This document shows positions 31,464-42,751 of a DNA stretch of 64,000 nucleotides, piece after piece. Origin of the DNA: an uncultured Nitrospiraceae bacterium. Its GTDB lineage: Bacteria > Nitrospirota > Thermodesulfovibrionia > Thermodesulfovibrionales > Dissulfurispiraceae. Each line of letters begins with the position of its first letter. Position 1 is the stretch's first letter. The position numbers were made by a program, and so were the translations under genes. Below the pieces are notes generated by a model, which saw nothing but the letters and a program-made list of their open reading frames with translations, was not told the origin of the DNA and searched no databases. The stretch lies in assembly GCA_963727805.1 (NCBI GenBank), contig CAVSHF010000003.1, positions 1,792,001-1,856,000 of the forward strand, written 5' to 3'.

Positions 31464-31994
31464 TCATCTTTTCTTTCGTCTCTTGAATATGCACGGCACG
31501 ATCATCGGCACATGGCGGGGATACTCCTCAAACTCCTTGCCGAAATCCTTCCACAGCCTTCTCTCTTCTGTCTCTTGAAGGTAGAACCTCACAGCAATAA
31601 AAAAGATGAATACCCCTATCAACGCCGGCACTGAGTTCAGGTAGAGTGCCATGGCGAGATAGCATAAGAAAAAGCCCAGAACCATGGGATTCCTTGTATA
31701 CTGATAGGGGCCTTCTACAACAAGATGCTGTGTTCGAGGACTGACCGCGACATTAAAGAGGTCGGTAGGGCCGCCCTTGCCCTTTAATAACAGCGCAATA
31801 TTTGACCACACTGCTAAGACAAGACCGATGATAATTAGAACTAAAGAAATAATAACGCGAATAAGAGGATTTAAAATGTCGGGGCCGTAATATGTTGTTG
31901 CAACGGCATAGATACCGTCGGGAATCGCGAGCATAAACACCGTGAAGCCTATGATATAGCCTATCAGGTATCGCTCAAGCGTCGGCAGATTCAT
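31464..31994 (-). CDS. Isoprenylcysteine carboxyl methyltransferase / PEMT-family membrane protein
   Basis: LVVEGPYQYTRNPM, EERRLWKDFGKEFEEY. Confidence 0.88.
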   Translation of the reverse strand: MNLPTLERYLIGYIIGFTVFMLAIPDGIYAVATTYYGPDILNPLIRVIISLVLIIIGLVLAVWSNIALLLKGKGGPTDLFNVAVSPRTQHLVVEGPYQYTRNPMVLGFFLCYLAMALYLNSVPALIGVFIFFIAVRFYLQETEERRLWKDFGKEFEEYPRHVPMIVPCIFKRRKKR

Positions 31995-32467
31995 GCCGGC
32001 AATACACCCACCACTTCAGGCCCGAGCATCCATTGCAGCATCCATGAGCCGTTGTGCTGTCTTTTGAGACAGACGACCGAGGCGTGACCAAAGGTGATAG
32101 TGCTGTCATCAATGAAACCACATGTCAACAGCGAAAAAAGTTTCGGTAGGTAAGGAAGGTGGCCTACTAGCATTATGTTCATATCGCGGTCTCTAAGTCG
32201 CTGCTCCCATTCAGAAGGATCGTCGAGAGGTCCGAGGTGATCGGTTTCCTGAACTCCCTTTCTGGGCCTAAGAAATTGCCCAAAAACACTAGCCGTCTGT
32301 TTTGCACGCATTTTCTGGCTATGGTAGATAATGTCTGGGCGCACTTTAAGCCCTACGAGATACGACGCAATGTTCTTAACATTACCCAGCCCTCGTTCCG
32401 AAAGGGCTTGAAATGGGTCGGCAAGTTCACTTTGTGCTTCGCCGTGACGCACGAGATAAAGAAACAT
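31991..32467 (-). CDS. sixA: Phosphohistidine phosphatase SixA
   Basis: LYLVRHGEA, RAKQTA, MLVGHLP. Confidence 0.9.
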   Translation of the reverse strand: MFLYLVRHGEAQSELADPFQALSERGLGNVKNIASYLVGLKVRPDIIYHSQKMRAKQTASVFGQFLRPRKGVQETDHLGPLDDPSEWEQRLRDRDMNIMLVGHLPYLPKLFSLLTCGFIDDSTITFGHASVVCLKRQHNGSWMLQWMLGPEVVGVLPA

Positions 32468-32524
32468 CGATACCTCTGCTACCCCTTCTATAGAATCCCC
32501 TTATTTAGGGTTGAACGCATGGGG

Positions 32525-33016
32525 TTAGATCTTGGCGAGTATCGTGTCAAGCGTCTTAAGGTTCTCGACCTTGACAATGACACCGTCCTTGGCAAGATAG
32601 ATGACCTCCTTGATCTGGGCATTTCTGATCATCCTTGCGCAAAGGAGGCAGGGTTTGCCTTCTGCAGCGGAACCATCCTCCTCGGATCCTGCAATGTAAA
32701 TACTCGCGTCCTTCATTCGCTCGGGGGACCCGTTGATGATAGCGTTCTGTTCAGCATGGACCGCTTCGCAGAGTTCGTAGCGCTCACCCGACGGGATGTT
32801 AAGCTCCCTGCGCTTACATTTATTGAGGTCAACGCAGTTGATGGAGCCGCGCGGCGCCCCGTTGTAGCCGGTACTGACGATGACCTTGTCCTTTACTATG
32901 ACCGCGCCATAACGCCTCCGCAGGCAGGTCGAGCGCGATGCGACCACCTTGGCTATCTCAATAAAATACTCGTCCCACGATGGCCTCTTGAGGGTAGTAT
33001 TTCCGTTGCCGCTCAT
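32525..33016 (-). CDS. dCMP deaminase family protein
   Basis: RPSWDEYF, RSTCLRR, STGYNGAP, HAEQNA, PCLLC; start ATG 33016. Confidence 0.92.
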   Translation of the reverse strand: MSGNGNTTLKRPSWDEYFIEIAKVVASRSTCLRRRYGAVIVKDKVIVSTGYNGAPRGSINCVDLNKCKRRELNIPSGERYELCEAVHAEQNAIINGSPERMKDASIYIAGSEEDGSAAEGKPCLLCARMIRNAQIKEVIYLAKDGVIVKVENLKTLDTILAKI

Positions 33017-33029
33017 TGACCTTACCTCA

Positions 33030-35276
33030 CTAACACTTGGTAAAACCGCAGTTGTGGCACTTGGCGCAGCCTTCCTCGTGCTGGATGGTACCGCCGCATT
33101 CGGGGCAAGCACCCATTGTTATGTTATCGTTATATTTGGATTTGCCGTTGCCGTTGCCATTTTCGGCCTTAGTACCGCTCGGGATATAGTTTTCGAGGGC
33201 CTTTGCGATAGCATCGGAGCATGAAAGTATCCGACCTTCCTCGTGCCATGAGGGCTGGTGGCAGGATATGCCCTTGAGCTGTTTAACAATCTCATCGGTC
33301 TCAATGTCGGACCTGAGCGCAAGGGAGATAAGCCTTCCGATCGCCTCGGCCTGGCTCGACGCGCACCCGCCGGCCTTGCCCATGTTGGTGAAGACCTCAA
33401 AAGGCCTGCCGTTTTCGTCCTCGTTAATGGTGACATAAAGTTTGCCACATCCGGTCTTCATCAGTCGAGTTCCACCCCGGATCATCGCAGGTCTCTTTTT
33501 CGGGATGATCTTGCCTGGTTCTTGTGCCTGAGGCCGGGGCTTTTCCTCGGCTTTTTTCGTGCTGAGGACCTGCTCCTCTCTCGAACCGTCGCGGTAGACG
33601 GTAACACCTTTGCAGCCCGTCTTGTAGGCAAGGACGAAGGCCTCTTCCACATCCTTGGCTGTAGCCGCGTTGGGGAAGTTGACAGTTTTGGAGACAGCGT
33701 TATCGGTATATTTTTGGAAGGCTGCCTGCATCTTGATGTGATCGACAGGTGTGATATCGTGGGCCGTAATAAAGACCTTTCTCATTTCCTCGGGGAATTC
33801 TGTGAAATGCGCGATAGAACCTTCTTCCGCAACCTTTTCCATCAACTCCCTGGTCCATACCCCGACCTTTTTCGCCTCTTTTTCGAAAAAAGGATTGGTC
33901 TCGATAAGCTTTGTGCCTTCCATGACTGTCCTCACATAAGAAACAGCAAAGAGCGGCTCGATGCCCGAAGAACATGCCGCGATAATCGAAAGCGTGCCGG
34001 TGGGGGCGATGGTCGTCACAGTCGAGTTTCTTACTGCCATTTCGTCGTAAAAAATGCTCGTGGCATAATTGGGGAATACGCCGCGTTCTTCGGCAAGGGC
34101 GCCCGAGGCAAGCCGGCCTTCGGTCTGGATGAAGCTCATCACCTCTTCGGCAGTCTGAATCGCTTCGTCGGAGTTGTAACGGATGCCCAACTGGATCAAC
34201 ATATCGGCCCATCCCATAACACCAAGACCGATCTTCCGATTGCCTTTAGTATGCTTCTCAATCTCCTCGAGGGGGTATTTGTTCATATCGATAACATTGT
34301 CGAGGAAATGAACGGCCTTCCGGGTCGTGTCTTTGAGCTTTGCCCAGTCGACTTCGGCCCCTCTATCGGTCATTTTGACCATATGCGCAAGATTGATAGA
34401 GCCGAGATTGCAGGACTCGAATGGCAGTAGTGGCTGCTCTCCGCAGGGATTCGTCGATTCGATCTCGCCCAAAACAGGAGTGGGATTGCTGGCGTTCATC
34501 CTGTCGAGAAAGACTATGCCAGGTTCGCCGTTCTTCCACGCCTGTTTCACGATCTTGTCAAAGACCTCTCTGGCCTTCAGGGTGCTCATTATTTTTTTCG
34601 TTCTCGGATTGAGGAGGTCGTACTCCTCATCCTTCTCCACAGCCTTCATAAATCCCTCGGTTAAGCCGACAGAGATATTAAAGTTGTTAAGCTTATGACT
34701 GTTGTCCTTGCAGCTGATGAATTCGAGGACATCGGGATGGTCCACCCTAAGGAGACCCATATTGGCCCCCCTTCTGGTCCCGCCCTGCTTGACCGCCTCG
34801 GTTGCGGTATCAAAGACAGTCATAAACGATACCGGACCTGACGAAATACCCTTGGTGGAGCCGACCACGTCGCCTTTAGGCCTGAGCCGGGAGAATGAAA
34901 AGCCGGTGCCTCCTCCGGATTTATGAATGATTGCGGCGTTTTTAACACCATCGAATATTGATTCCATAGAGTCATCTACTGGAAGCACAAAGCATGCGGA
35001 GAGCTGTCCAAGCCTTCGGCCCGCGTTCATAAGCGTCGGACTGTTAGGGAGAAAATTGAGCGAGGTGATGAGTTCGTGGAACTCCTCTTCGACGTCCTTG
35101 ACCTCATCCTTCGACTTGCCGTAGGCGGCATCGGCCGACGCGACGAAGCTCGCAACCCTTTTAAAAAGGTCCTCGGCAGTCTCGATGACCTTGCCTTCCA
35201 TGTCTTTCTTCAGATACCGCTTCTCGAGGACTTTTGAAGCATTAGATGTCAAATTAAGAGTGCCTGATTTACTCAT
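33030..35276 (-). CDS. nrdJ: Class II (B12-dependent) ribonucleotide reductase with C-terminal TSCPD and Zn-ribbon domains
   Basis: PNSPTLMNAG, LSACF, GGTRRGANM, TNPCGEQPL, ESCNLGS, IAPTGT, KGVTVYRDGS, CPEC..CHNC. Confidence 0.95.
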   Translation of the reverse strand: MSKSGTLNLTSNASKVLEKRYLKKDMEGKVIETAEDLFKRVASFVASADAAYGKSKDEVKDVEEEFHELITSLNFLPNSPTLMNAGRRLGQLSACFVLPVDDSMESIFDGVKNAAIIHKSGGGTGFSFSRLRPKGDVVGSTKGISSGPVSFMTVFDTATEAVKQGGTRRGANMGLLRVDHPDVLEFISCKDNSHKLNNFNISVGLTEGFMKAVEKDEEYDLLNPRTKKIMSTLKAREVFDKIVKQAWKNGEPGIVFLDRMNASNPTPVLGEIESTNPCGEQPLLPFESCNLGSINLAHMVKMTDRGAEVDWAKLKDTTRKAVHFLDNVIDMNKYPLEEIEKHTKGNRKIGLGVMGWADMLIQLGIRYNSDEAIQTAEEVMSFIQTEGRLASGALAEERGVFPNYATSIFYDEMAVRNSTVTTIAPTGTLSIIAACSSGIEPLFAVSYVRTVMEGTKLIETNPFFEKEAKKVGVWTRELMEKVAEEGSIAHFTEFPEEMRKVFITAHDITPVDHIKMQAAFQKYTDNAVSKTVNFPNAATAKDVEEAFVLAYKTGCKGVTVYRDGSREEQVLSTKKAEEKPRPQAQEPGKIIPKKRPAMIRGGTRLMKTGCGKLYVTINEDENGRPFEVFTNMGKAGGCASSQAEAIGRLISLALRSDIETDEIVKQLKGISCHQPSWHEEGRILSCSDAIAKALENYIPSGTKAENGNGNGKSKYNDNITMGACPECGGTIQHEEGCAKCHNCGFTKC

Positions 35277-35370
35277 GATCCTCTCCCCTTTTTAAGCTCG
35301 AATTAATAAATAAGTACCGGCATAATTTTAATAATGGCGCTTTTTCAATCAGATCGTTGCGCCTGCAAAG

Positions 35371-35417
35371 CCCCTCATCTAGTATAATCACTGGTATTAT
35401 ACCACAATATATTGTGT
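35371..35417. promoter_or_regulatory. Tandem NrdR boxes upstream of nrdJ
   Basis: CCACAATATATTGTGT (35402-35417, near-consensus) and weaker CCCCTCATCTAGTATA (35371-35386), 31 bp apart. Confidence 0.8.
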
Positions 35418-35444
35418 TGTCAAATACAAAAAATAAGCCTTTGA

Positions 35445-36737
<1,293 letters not shown>

Positions 36738-36854
36738 GATACTCAAAGTTCTGATCATTACCCTTCTGCTTAAGATCATCCCGCAGACTAATCCGAATCG
36801 TGAATCGATATTTTTTTGGACGGTAGAATTATGATATACTAATTTTTTCAATTC

Positions 36855-36941
36855 GCCGGTGTGGTGGAACTGGCAGACGCGCCGGACTCAAAATCCGGTG
36901 TCCGCAAGGACGTGGGAGTTCGACCCTCCCCACCGGCACCA
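36855..36941 (+). tRNA. tRNA-Leu (CAA)
   Basis: Acceptor GCCGGTG/CACCGGC-A-CCA, anticodon arm CCGGA-CTCAAAA-TCCGG, long variable arm, GTTCGA; extended -10 TGATATACT at 36832-36840. Confidence 0.97.
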
Positions 36942-37035
36942 ATTTTTGATTCGGCTGCCCCGTGTCAGCATAGGAGGCGACACCGTCTGTGAGTCTGATC
37001 ACTGAATATATTCCTGCATCGTTTTGAAATGCAGC

Positions 37036-37470
37036 ATGAGAATAATTATTTCAGCCATGATATCCGCTTTTCTCTTTTTATCTGTTGCATCCGCCTCAGA
37101 AAAGACAACACACATCAGCGAGCCTTCATATTATAATAGAGAGCTGCTTTCGCAGATCAATCGTTACAGGCTGAGTCACGGCCTAAAGACCCTCTCTTTC
37201 GATAAAAAATTAGCAGGCCTTGCACAAGGTCACAGTGCCGAATTGCACCGGCGCGGACAACTGAATCACAACGGATTTGATCAAAGATTCAAAATGTCGG
37301 GACGCAACCTCTGTATTGAAAATGTTGGGTGGAATTATAAAACAGCGAAAGAGCAGTTTCTCGCATGGCAGAGGTCGGAAGGACATAATAAGAATATGCT
37401 GGCGAGAGACATCCAACGAGTCGGTATTGCAAAAGTAGGGACATCTGTGACGCTCTTCGCCTGTAATTAG
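37036..37470 (+). CDS. Secreted CAP/SCP-domain protein
   Basis: Signal peptide, INRYR, AQGHS, ENVG, WQRSEGHNKNML. Confidence 0.88.
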   Translation: MRIIISAMISAFLFLSVASASEKTTHISEPSYYNRELLSQINRYRLSHGLKTLSFDKKLAGLAQGHSAELHRRGQLNHNGFDQRFKMSGRNLCIENVGWNYKTAKEQFLAWQRSEGHNKNMLARDIQRVGIAKVGTSVTLFACN

Positions 37471-37485
37471 ACCGATTCAGGCAGC

Positions 37486-38733
37486 TCACTCTTCGAGGAC
37501 AGAATACAAGGCACGGTAGGCGGTACGATTTAATTTGTGTTTGTGTTCGGCGTCTTCTCTAAGTATCTGTAATGTTTTCTGCTGCGATAACCCTTTCCTC
37601 TTGGGCGTGCTCGTAATCAATGCTTCATACGAATCAGCAACCGTTACGATCTGGCTCAGCATATCGATGTCTTTCGCTGCAAGATTCTGTACATAGCCGC
37701 TGCCGTCAAGACGCTCGTGGTGCTGCAGCACTATTTCGTAAACATGCTGAGGCACACCCTTCAGACTTTTAATAAGATTCGCTCCTTCCAAAACGTGACT
37801 GCAGTAGTGCCTATATTCGTCAATCGAAAGATCGCCCTGTTTGTTGATGACCGGATAGGAAACAAAGACCTTGCCGATGTCATGCAGCAAGGCGCCAACT
37901 CCAAGACAATAAAGCGTCTTCTCGTCCATACCAAGGCGGGCGCCCAAGGTGATAGAAAAAATGCAGACGTTCACCGAATGCGCGCTTACACGTGAATCTA
38001 TATTCCGTATATCGACTAGGTCTTTTAAGCCATACAGGGGATGCTGTGCAAACTGTACGATGAGAGTCACAAGTCCGTATGTCTCCCGCAGCAGGATTGC
38101 AAACAGCGACTCATCTGTGTGGCTGTTCAGAAATTTGCTTAAGCGACATCTCAATAATTCCTGTCTTATGTGAAGCAATCGTTTTTCCGTGCAGAATTCC
38201 TTTTCTGCATCAATCACGCGGTGCAGATATTCCTCATATTTCGGCGCATCTTCACCTTTTATGACAATGTCCGCGTTCAGTCCCATTAGGGCTTTCAGCA
38301 TTTGTTCTGAAATATGATTACTCATAAGTGGGATGCCTCCGTAAATGGGATAGCGCATACCTCCTATTTCAAAGTTGATATCTGCCAATGGGGAGAGTAA
38401 GGTTTTATCTATATAGCTATGCTTTCTTTTGTATTCTGAATATTCAATGAACATAACGCTGTCATCCTTTATCATCCTGCCTAATTTTTCGGCATGACTG
38501 AGATATTCGTTAAAATTCAGATTATTGGCGTTTTTTATGTAAAATCGTGTAAGCCCTTGACGGTGTATGATCTCTTTTGCAAAAACGTTGAATATAAATC
38601 CTTTATCGAAGAGGGATTTTTTGAAGCCACCATCATCGGTAAAGACCTCAAAAGGAATGGCATGTCCCTCAACTAGTCTATCAAGCGTTATCGGGACATA
38701 CTGTTCTATTTCCTCGATAAAGTATCTCTTCAT
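37486..38733 (-). CDS. HD-GYP domain phosphodiesterase-like protein
   Basis: HSVNV, LLHDIGK, QHHERLDGSGYV (GYV variant), VADSYEAL. Confidence 0.88.
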   Translation of the reverse strand: MKRYFIEEIEQYVPITLDRLVEGHAIPFEVFTDDGGFKKSLFDKGFIFNVFAKEIIHRQGLTRFYIKNANNLNFNEYLSHAEKLGRMIKDDSVMFIEYSEYKRKHSYIDKTLLSPLADINFEIGGMRYPIYGGIPLMSNHISEQMLKALMGLNADIVIKGEDAPKYEEYLHRVIDAEKEFCTEKRLLHIRQELLRCRLSKFLNSHTDESLFAILLRETYGLVTLIVQFAQHPLYGLKDLVDIRNIDSRVSAHSVNVCIFSITLGARLGMDEKTLYCLGVGALLHDIGKVFVSYPVINKQGDLSIDEYRHYCSHVLEGANLIKSLKGVPQHVYEIVLQHHERLDGSGYVQNLAAKDIDMLSQIVTVADSYEALITSTPKRKGLSQQKTLQILREDAEHKHKLNRTAYRALYSVLEE

Positions 38734-38883
38734 GATTTCGTCCGGTTATGTCAGCCACTCACTAATAGTATTCATCCTGCTGAATTATTTCCTACTGAAT
38801 TATATCACGCTATGATATATGGTTTGTGAAGACTCAACTTTCTGCGTGATAAAACGATTATAATTAGAAAAGGCTTCTAGATT

Positions 38884-39693
38884 ATGAACATGTTCATTAT
38901 CGATAACGAACTCGCTATACGCCTTGGGTGTTTCTTTGGCGTTTTTATCGCCATGGGCGTCTGGGAATTGCTTGCGCCGAAACGCACGCTCACCTCGCCA
39001 AAAAGGCGCCGGTGGATCAGCAACCTTTTTTTAACCCTTCTCAATTCTTTGGTTGTGAGGATATTTTTTCCTGCTGCTGCGGTCGGAATGGCGTTCATGA
39101 GCGAATGGAGCGGGTGGGGGATCTTCAATATACTGCGGGTGCCTTCCATGCTCGCGGGGATCATGTCGCTTCTCCTTCTCGACCTCACGATATATGCTCA
39201 GCATGTCTCGTTTCACAGGCTAAAGCTTTTTTGGCGTCTTCATATGATGCATCATACCGACCTTGACATCGACGTGACGACAGGTGCCCGGTTTCATACG
39301 TTCGAAATAATCCTCTCGATGGAGATTAAGATGGTGATCGTTATCCTGCTCGGGGCCCCCGCATGGTCTGTTCTTCTCTTTGAAGTACTGCTCAACGCCA
39401 CATCTATGTTTAATCACAGCAATGTCCGTATGGCTGCCCACACCGATAAATTTCTGAGAATGTTCGTAGTCACTCCCGACATGCACCGGGTGCACCATTC
39501 GGTCATCATTGGAGAAATGAACAGCAATTTCGGCTTCAATTTCCCCTGGTGGGATAGGCTTTTCGCGACGTATCGCGATCAACCCGTTGAAGGGCATGAG
39601 GCTATGATAATCGGACTGCCAAATTATCAGGACAAAAAATATCTCACCTTACCGTGGATGCTCGCGGTCCCATTTCTTGGGAAAACCAGGTAG
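38884..39693 (+). CDS. Sterol desaturase / fatty acid hydroxylase family protein
   Basis: His boxes HVSFH, HMMHH, FNHSN, HRVHHS; NFGFNFPWWDRLF. Confidence 0.92.
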   Translation: MNMFIIDNELAIRLGCFFGVFIAMGVWELLAPKRTLTSPKRRRWISNLFLTLLNSLVVRIFFPAAAVGMAFMSEWSGWGIFNILRVPSMLAGIMSLLLLDLTIYAQHVSFHRLKLFWRLHMMHHTDLDIDVTTGARFHTFEIILSMEIKMVIVILLGAPAWSVLLFEVLLNATSMFNHSNVRMAAHTDKFLRMFVVTPDMHRVHHSVIIGEMNSNFGFNFPWWDRLFATYRDQPVEGHEAMIIGLPNYQDKKYLTLPWMLAVPFLGKTR

Positions 39694-39712
39694 TGCCGAC
39701 TGGAGCGGAATG

Positions 39713-39904
39713 CTACTCCTCAACGGTTATCGCTTCGACGGGGCAGTTCTCTTCAGCAGCTTCGCAGCAGCCGACGAAGTCGCAGGCATCAGGATCGATC
39801 ACTTCAGATTTCCCGGTCATTTCATTGAGATAAAAGACCGCCGGGCATATCTCCATGCACCTACCGCAGCCGATGCAAATATCTTCGTCCACCATGACGT
39901 TCAT
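39713..39904 (-). CDS. Ferredoxin
   Basis: CIGCGRCMEICP...CPVEAI; ATGA overlap with upstream gene. Confidence 0.9.
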   Translation of the reverse strand: MNVMVDEDICIGCGRCMEICPAVFYLNEMTGKSEVIDPDACDFVGCCEAAEENCPVEAITVEE

Positions 39905-40842
39905 TGCAGTCCCTCAATAATAATAGCCGCCAGTAGGGGGAACATGATCTCGTGGTGTCCGGTAAGAGCATAACACTGTCCCTTCCCGATCGTCGGTCTC
40001 TTGAGGACGTTCTGTTGCGGACGGTAATGCTGAATGAAATCCATGTTAACGGTTGTGAATTCTTCCACTTTGTGGCCAAGATTTCGCGCCACAGTCAGGG
40101 CCTTGAGAAATACCTCCGGTAAGACAACGGCAGAGCCGAGGTTGATGTAGACACCTCCCTCAAGATCAGCGACTACCGATGAGAGCAGCCTGAAGTCTCT
40201 GAGGCTTCCTTCGCCGATAGAAGCGCCGTCTGCTTCGGGGTGCATATGGATGATATCGGAGCCGATGGCGACATGCACTGTTGCCGGTATTTCAAGCTTG
40301 AAAGCCTCCCTGAAGATGCTCCTATCCCTGTTAGGGAAGTCCGAAGCGTCGATAAATTGTCCCATGGAGCGGCCTATGCCGAGTCCATTACGCACACCCT
40401 CTGTAATAGCTCGGTTGATCAACTGGCCAGTCTCCCTCCCCATGCCGAAACTCCCGGTGCACAATTCACGGGCAACATCTTCGGATGTCTGGCCCATAAA
40501 TGCTATCTCGAAATCGTGGACGATAGAGGCCCCATTCGAGGCGAACGCCGTGACAATGCCCTGCTTCATAAGATCAATGATGAGGGGCGAAAGACCCACT
40601 TTAATGGGATGCGCCCCCATTCCAAGTATTACAGGTCTTTGATTATTTCTGGCCGAAATGACCGCACCGGCAACTGTCTTAAGATCCTTTGCAGCAAGAA
40701 AATCGGGTAGCGCTCCGACAAACTCAGCAAAACTCCTTCCCTTGGTATGAGAACTGGCTGAAGCATCGATAGAAACAGTGCTCAGTCTCTCCCTTACCGA
40801 ATAAGTCTTTATGCTGGTGACGTCTATTTGCCTGTATTTCAA
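39901..40842 (-). CDS. Deoxyhypusine-synthase-like uncharacterised protein
   Basis: MGAHPIKVG, NGASIVHDFE, TVHVAIGSDIIH, NLGSAVVLPEVFLKA, GHHEIMFPLL; GGAGG 7 nt before TTG 40842. Confidence 0.7.
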   Translation of the reverse strand: MKYRQIDVTSIKTYSVRERLSTVSIDASASSHTKGRSFAEFVGALPDFLAAKDLKTVAGAVISARNNQRPVILGMGAHPIKVGLSPLIIDLMKQGIVTAFASNGASIVHDFEIAFMGQTSEDVARELCTGSFGMGRETGQLINRAITEGVRNGLGIGRSMGQFIDASDFPNRDRSIFREAFKLEIPATVHVAIGSDIIHMHPEADGASIGEGSLRDFRLLSSVVADLEGGVYINLGSAVVLPEVFLKALTVARNLGHKVEEFTTVNMDFIQHYRPQQNVLKRPTIGKGQCYALTGHHEIMFPLLAAIIIEGLQ

Positions 40843-40977
40843 TTCATTACCTCCGGAAACTCTGCGGACTCTCCGTCGAAAGTCCTTAAATTGTAGCACA
40901 AATATTGATTTTATGGCACCATATATGCTATTTTTATGTCTTATTAAATACGTCGCAGATTACAGGAGGAACAACCA

Positions 40978-41268
40978 TTGGCAGGAAAAGCGGCACCTAA
41001 AAAGAACCCTTCGGCACTCAAGCGGGTCAGACAGTCTGAGAAGCTCGGCCTGCGTAACCAGTCCAGGAAGGCAGAGATAAAGACCCTCGAAAAGAAGCTT
41101 GAGTCGACAACGCCATCAATATCAAAAGAAGAGGTCGAAAAGCAGGTGAAGAATGCCGTCAAAATCATCGCCGGCGCGGCATCAAAGGGGATTATCCACA
41201 AAAACACAGCTGCAAGGAAGATCTCGAAGATTGCCAAGCTAGCGAACACGATCGGCAAAAAGGTCTAA
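40978..41268 (+). CDS. rpsT: 30S ribosomal protein S20
   Basis: SALKRVRQ..RN, ASKGIIHKNTAARKIS. Confidence 0.95.
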   Translation: MAGKAAPKKNPSALKRVRQSEKLGLRNQSRKAEIKTLEKKLESTTPSISKEEVEKQVKNAVKIIAGAASKGIIHKNTAARKISKIAKLANTIGKKV

Positions 41269-41274
41269 TAACAC

Positions 41275-42180
41275 CTAGATTTTTAAAAGTTTAACAAGCA
41301 AGTCTTCCATGACATGGCTGTGGGATGTCTTCACAGCCATATCTGCTTCATGGAGCAGAGTAAATACCCTGTCGAGCTTCTTTTTATCCAGCCCCTGCAT
41401 TTTTGCCCTCGCATAACTGCTCGAATACTGCCAGTTGAGCGCGCCCATCAGCATCTGTGGTTCCATAGTCCGGCTGATATTCTCATAAATCCTGAAGACT
41501 GCCGCTGCATCCTTTTTAGTCAGGGCGTTAGTGAGATCAAAGGCGCCGTATTCGGCACCCGCGTAGACCACGCCCCTTAGCTCATCGATATCGACTACAC
41601 GAGCTTCTTCGCTTGACGAGAATTTTTCGATCTCAGCATGGAGCATGCCTAGATCCGTTCCTGCGAAACTGATGAGACATTCCAGTGCCGCAGAAGTGAA
41701 GGACAGTCTTTTTTTTGCAGCCCTCTCTTTGATCCATACGGGAATCTCGCGTTCGCTAACACTGAGTGATATCGTCTTCAGATTCTTCATATGTGAAGGT
41801 TCGAATATATCCGGATTGGTCCCCTCAAAAATCATTATGAGCAGGGTAGAGGGGGAAGGGTTTTTCAGGTACTCGCCAAACTTCTGCGCCTCTTTTTTGG
41901 TCCACTTTTGTATGTTCCGGAGAACGAGGGTCTTTCTCTGGGCAAGAAAGGGCAAGGTGTTCAGGATGTCGATTATCTTCTCAGATGGGAGCTTCTCATC
42001 CGAAGAGGCGATATCGATGGTCTCAAAATTGAACAGGGCGGGGTCCTGAAACAGCCCTTTCAATACTATAATCGATTCATAAAGAAGGAAACTCTCCGTT
42101 GAATGCAGAAGATAAACGGGCGATGAGAACCCCTTCTCACTTTCCTGCTGGAACTGTCTGAGGCTCAATTGTCGACTCAC
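41275..42180 (-). CDS. holA: DNA polymerase III delta subunit
   Basis: PVYLL, TLPFLA, GTDLGMLHAEIEK; leuS-lptE-holA synteny. Confidence 0.9.
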   Translation of the reverse strand: MSRQLSLRQFQQESEKGFSSPVYLLHSTESFLLYESIIVLKGLFQDPALFNFETIDIASSDEKLPSEKIIDILNTLPFLAQRKTLVLRNIQKWTKKEAQKFGEYLKNPSPSTLLIMIFEGTNPDIFEPSHMKNLKTISLSVSEREIPVWIKERAAKKRLSFTSAALECLISFAGTDLGMLHAEIEKFSSSEEARVVDIDELRGVVYAGAEYGAFDLTNALTKKDAAAVFRIYENISRTMEPQMLMGALNWQYSSSYARAKMQGLDKKKLDRVFTLLHEADMAVKTSHSHVMEDLLVKLLKI

Positions 42181-42751
42181 CTCTCTTTTCTGTACTTTTC
42201 TTTCCGGTGCTCTCAGAGGGCGCGGTCTTTGCCGGCCTTTTGTATATCATGCGCCTTGCTAGTTCCTGACTCAGATCTCGCAGCGCGCTCTCCGTAGCCA
42301 CTTCTTTCTGGGCGAGAACGCTAACAAGCGCACCCGACGATCTGAAATAAGTGATAAACGGAGAAGAGACGTTGGCTAGGGGCTCCTTTTTCTGCGTCTG
42401 TACGTCAATAATAATAAAATTCGCCACAATAGTAATCTGATATTCAATAGCCGTAAGAGATTTCTCAGAAACTGGTATGAGAGCGAACTTCTCTATCGAG
42501 CCTTCAATTTTGTACCTAGCGGAGGGTCTCACGTCAATCCCATATTCCATAAGCGTCTCGGCGAGAAGCCTGCTCATTCTGTCCTGCAACTTAGGCTCTA
42601 CGGTCGTGTTCTGAATCGTACCGAGAGATACGGTTTCGAAAGGGAGATCTGCCCTTCCCTGAAGAGTGTATCCGCAGCCCGATGCAAGTGCAGCAACCAA
42701 AAGAGAGATGATCAATCCAATTCTCACGAGCCGAGTCCTCCATTTATTCAT
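42137..42751 (-). CDS. lptE: LPS assembly lipoprotein LptE
   Basis: Lipobox ASGC-GYTL; located between leuS and holA. Confidence 0.8.
   Translation of the reverse strand: MNKWRTRLVRIGLIISLLVAALASGCGYTLQGRADLPFETVSLGTIQNTTVEPKLQDRMSRLLAETLMEYGIDVRPSARYKIEGSIEKFALIPVSEKSLTAIEYQITIVANFIIIDVQTQKKEPLANVSSPFITYFRSSGALVSVLAQKEVATESALRDLSQELARRMIYKRPAKTAPSESTGKKSTEKRGESTIEPQTVPAGK

Noticed and set aside
33258..34430. Long antisense ORFs (also 53054..53977, 54880..55827, 20561..21346, 32237..33019)
   Set aside because: They shadow conserved genes on the opposite strand and show no recognisable motifs
36855..39700. tRNA-Leu as an integration site for an island
   Set aside because: No integrase and no duplicated tRNA 3' end seen
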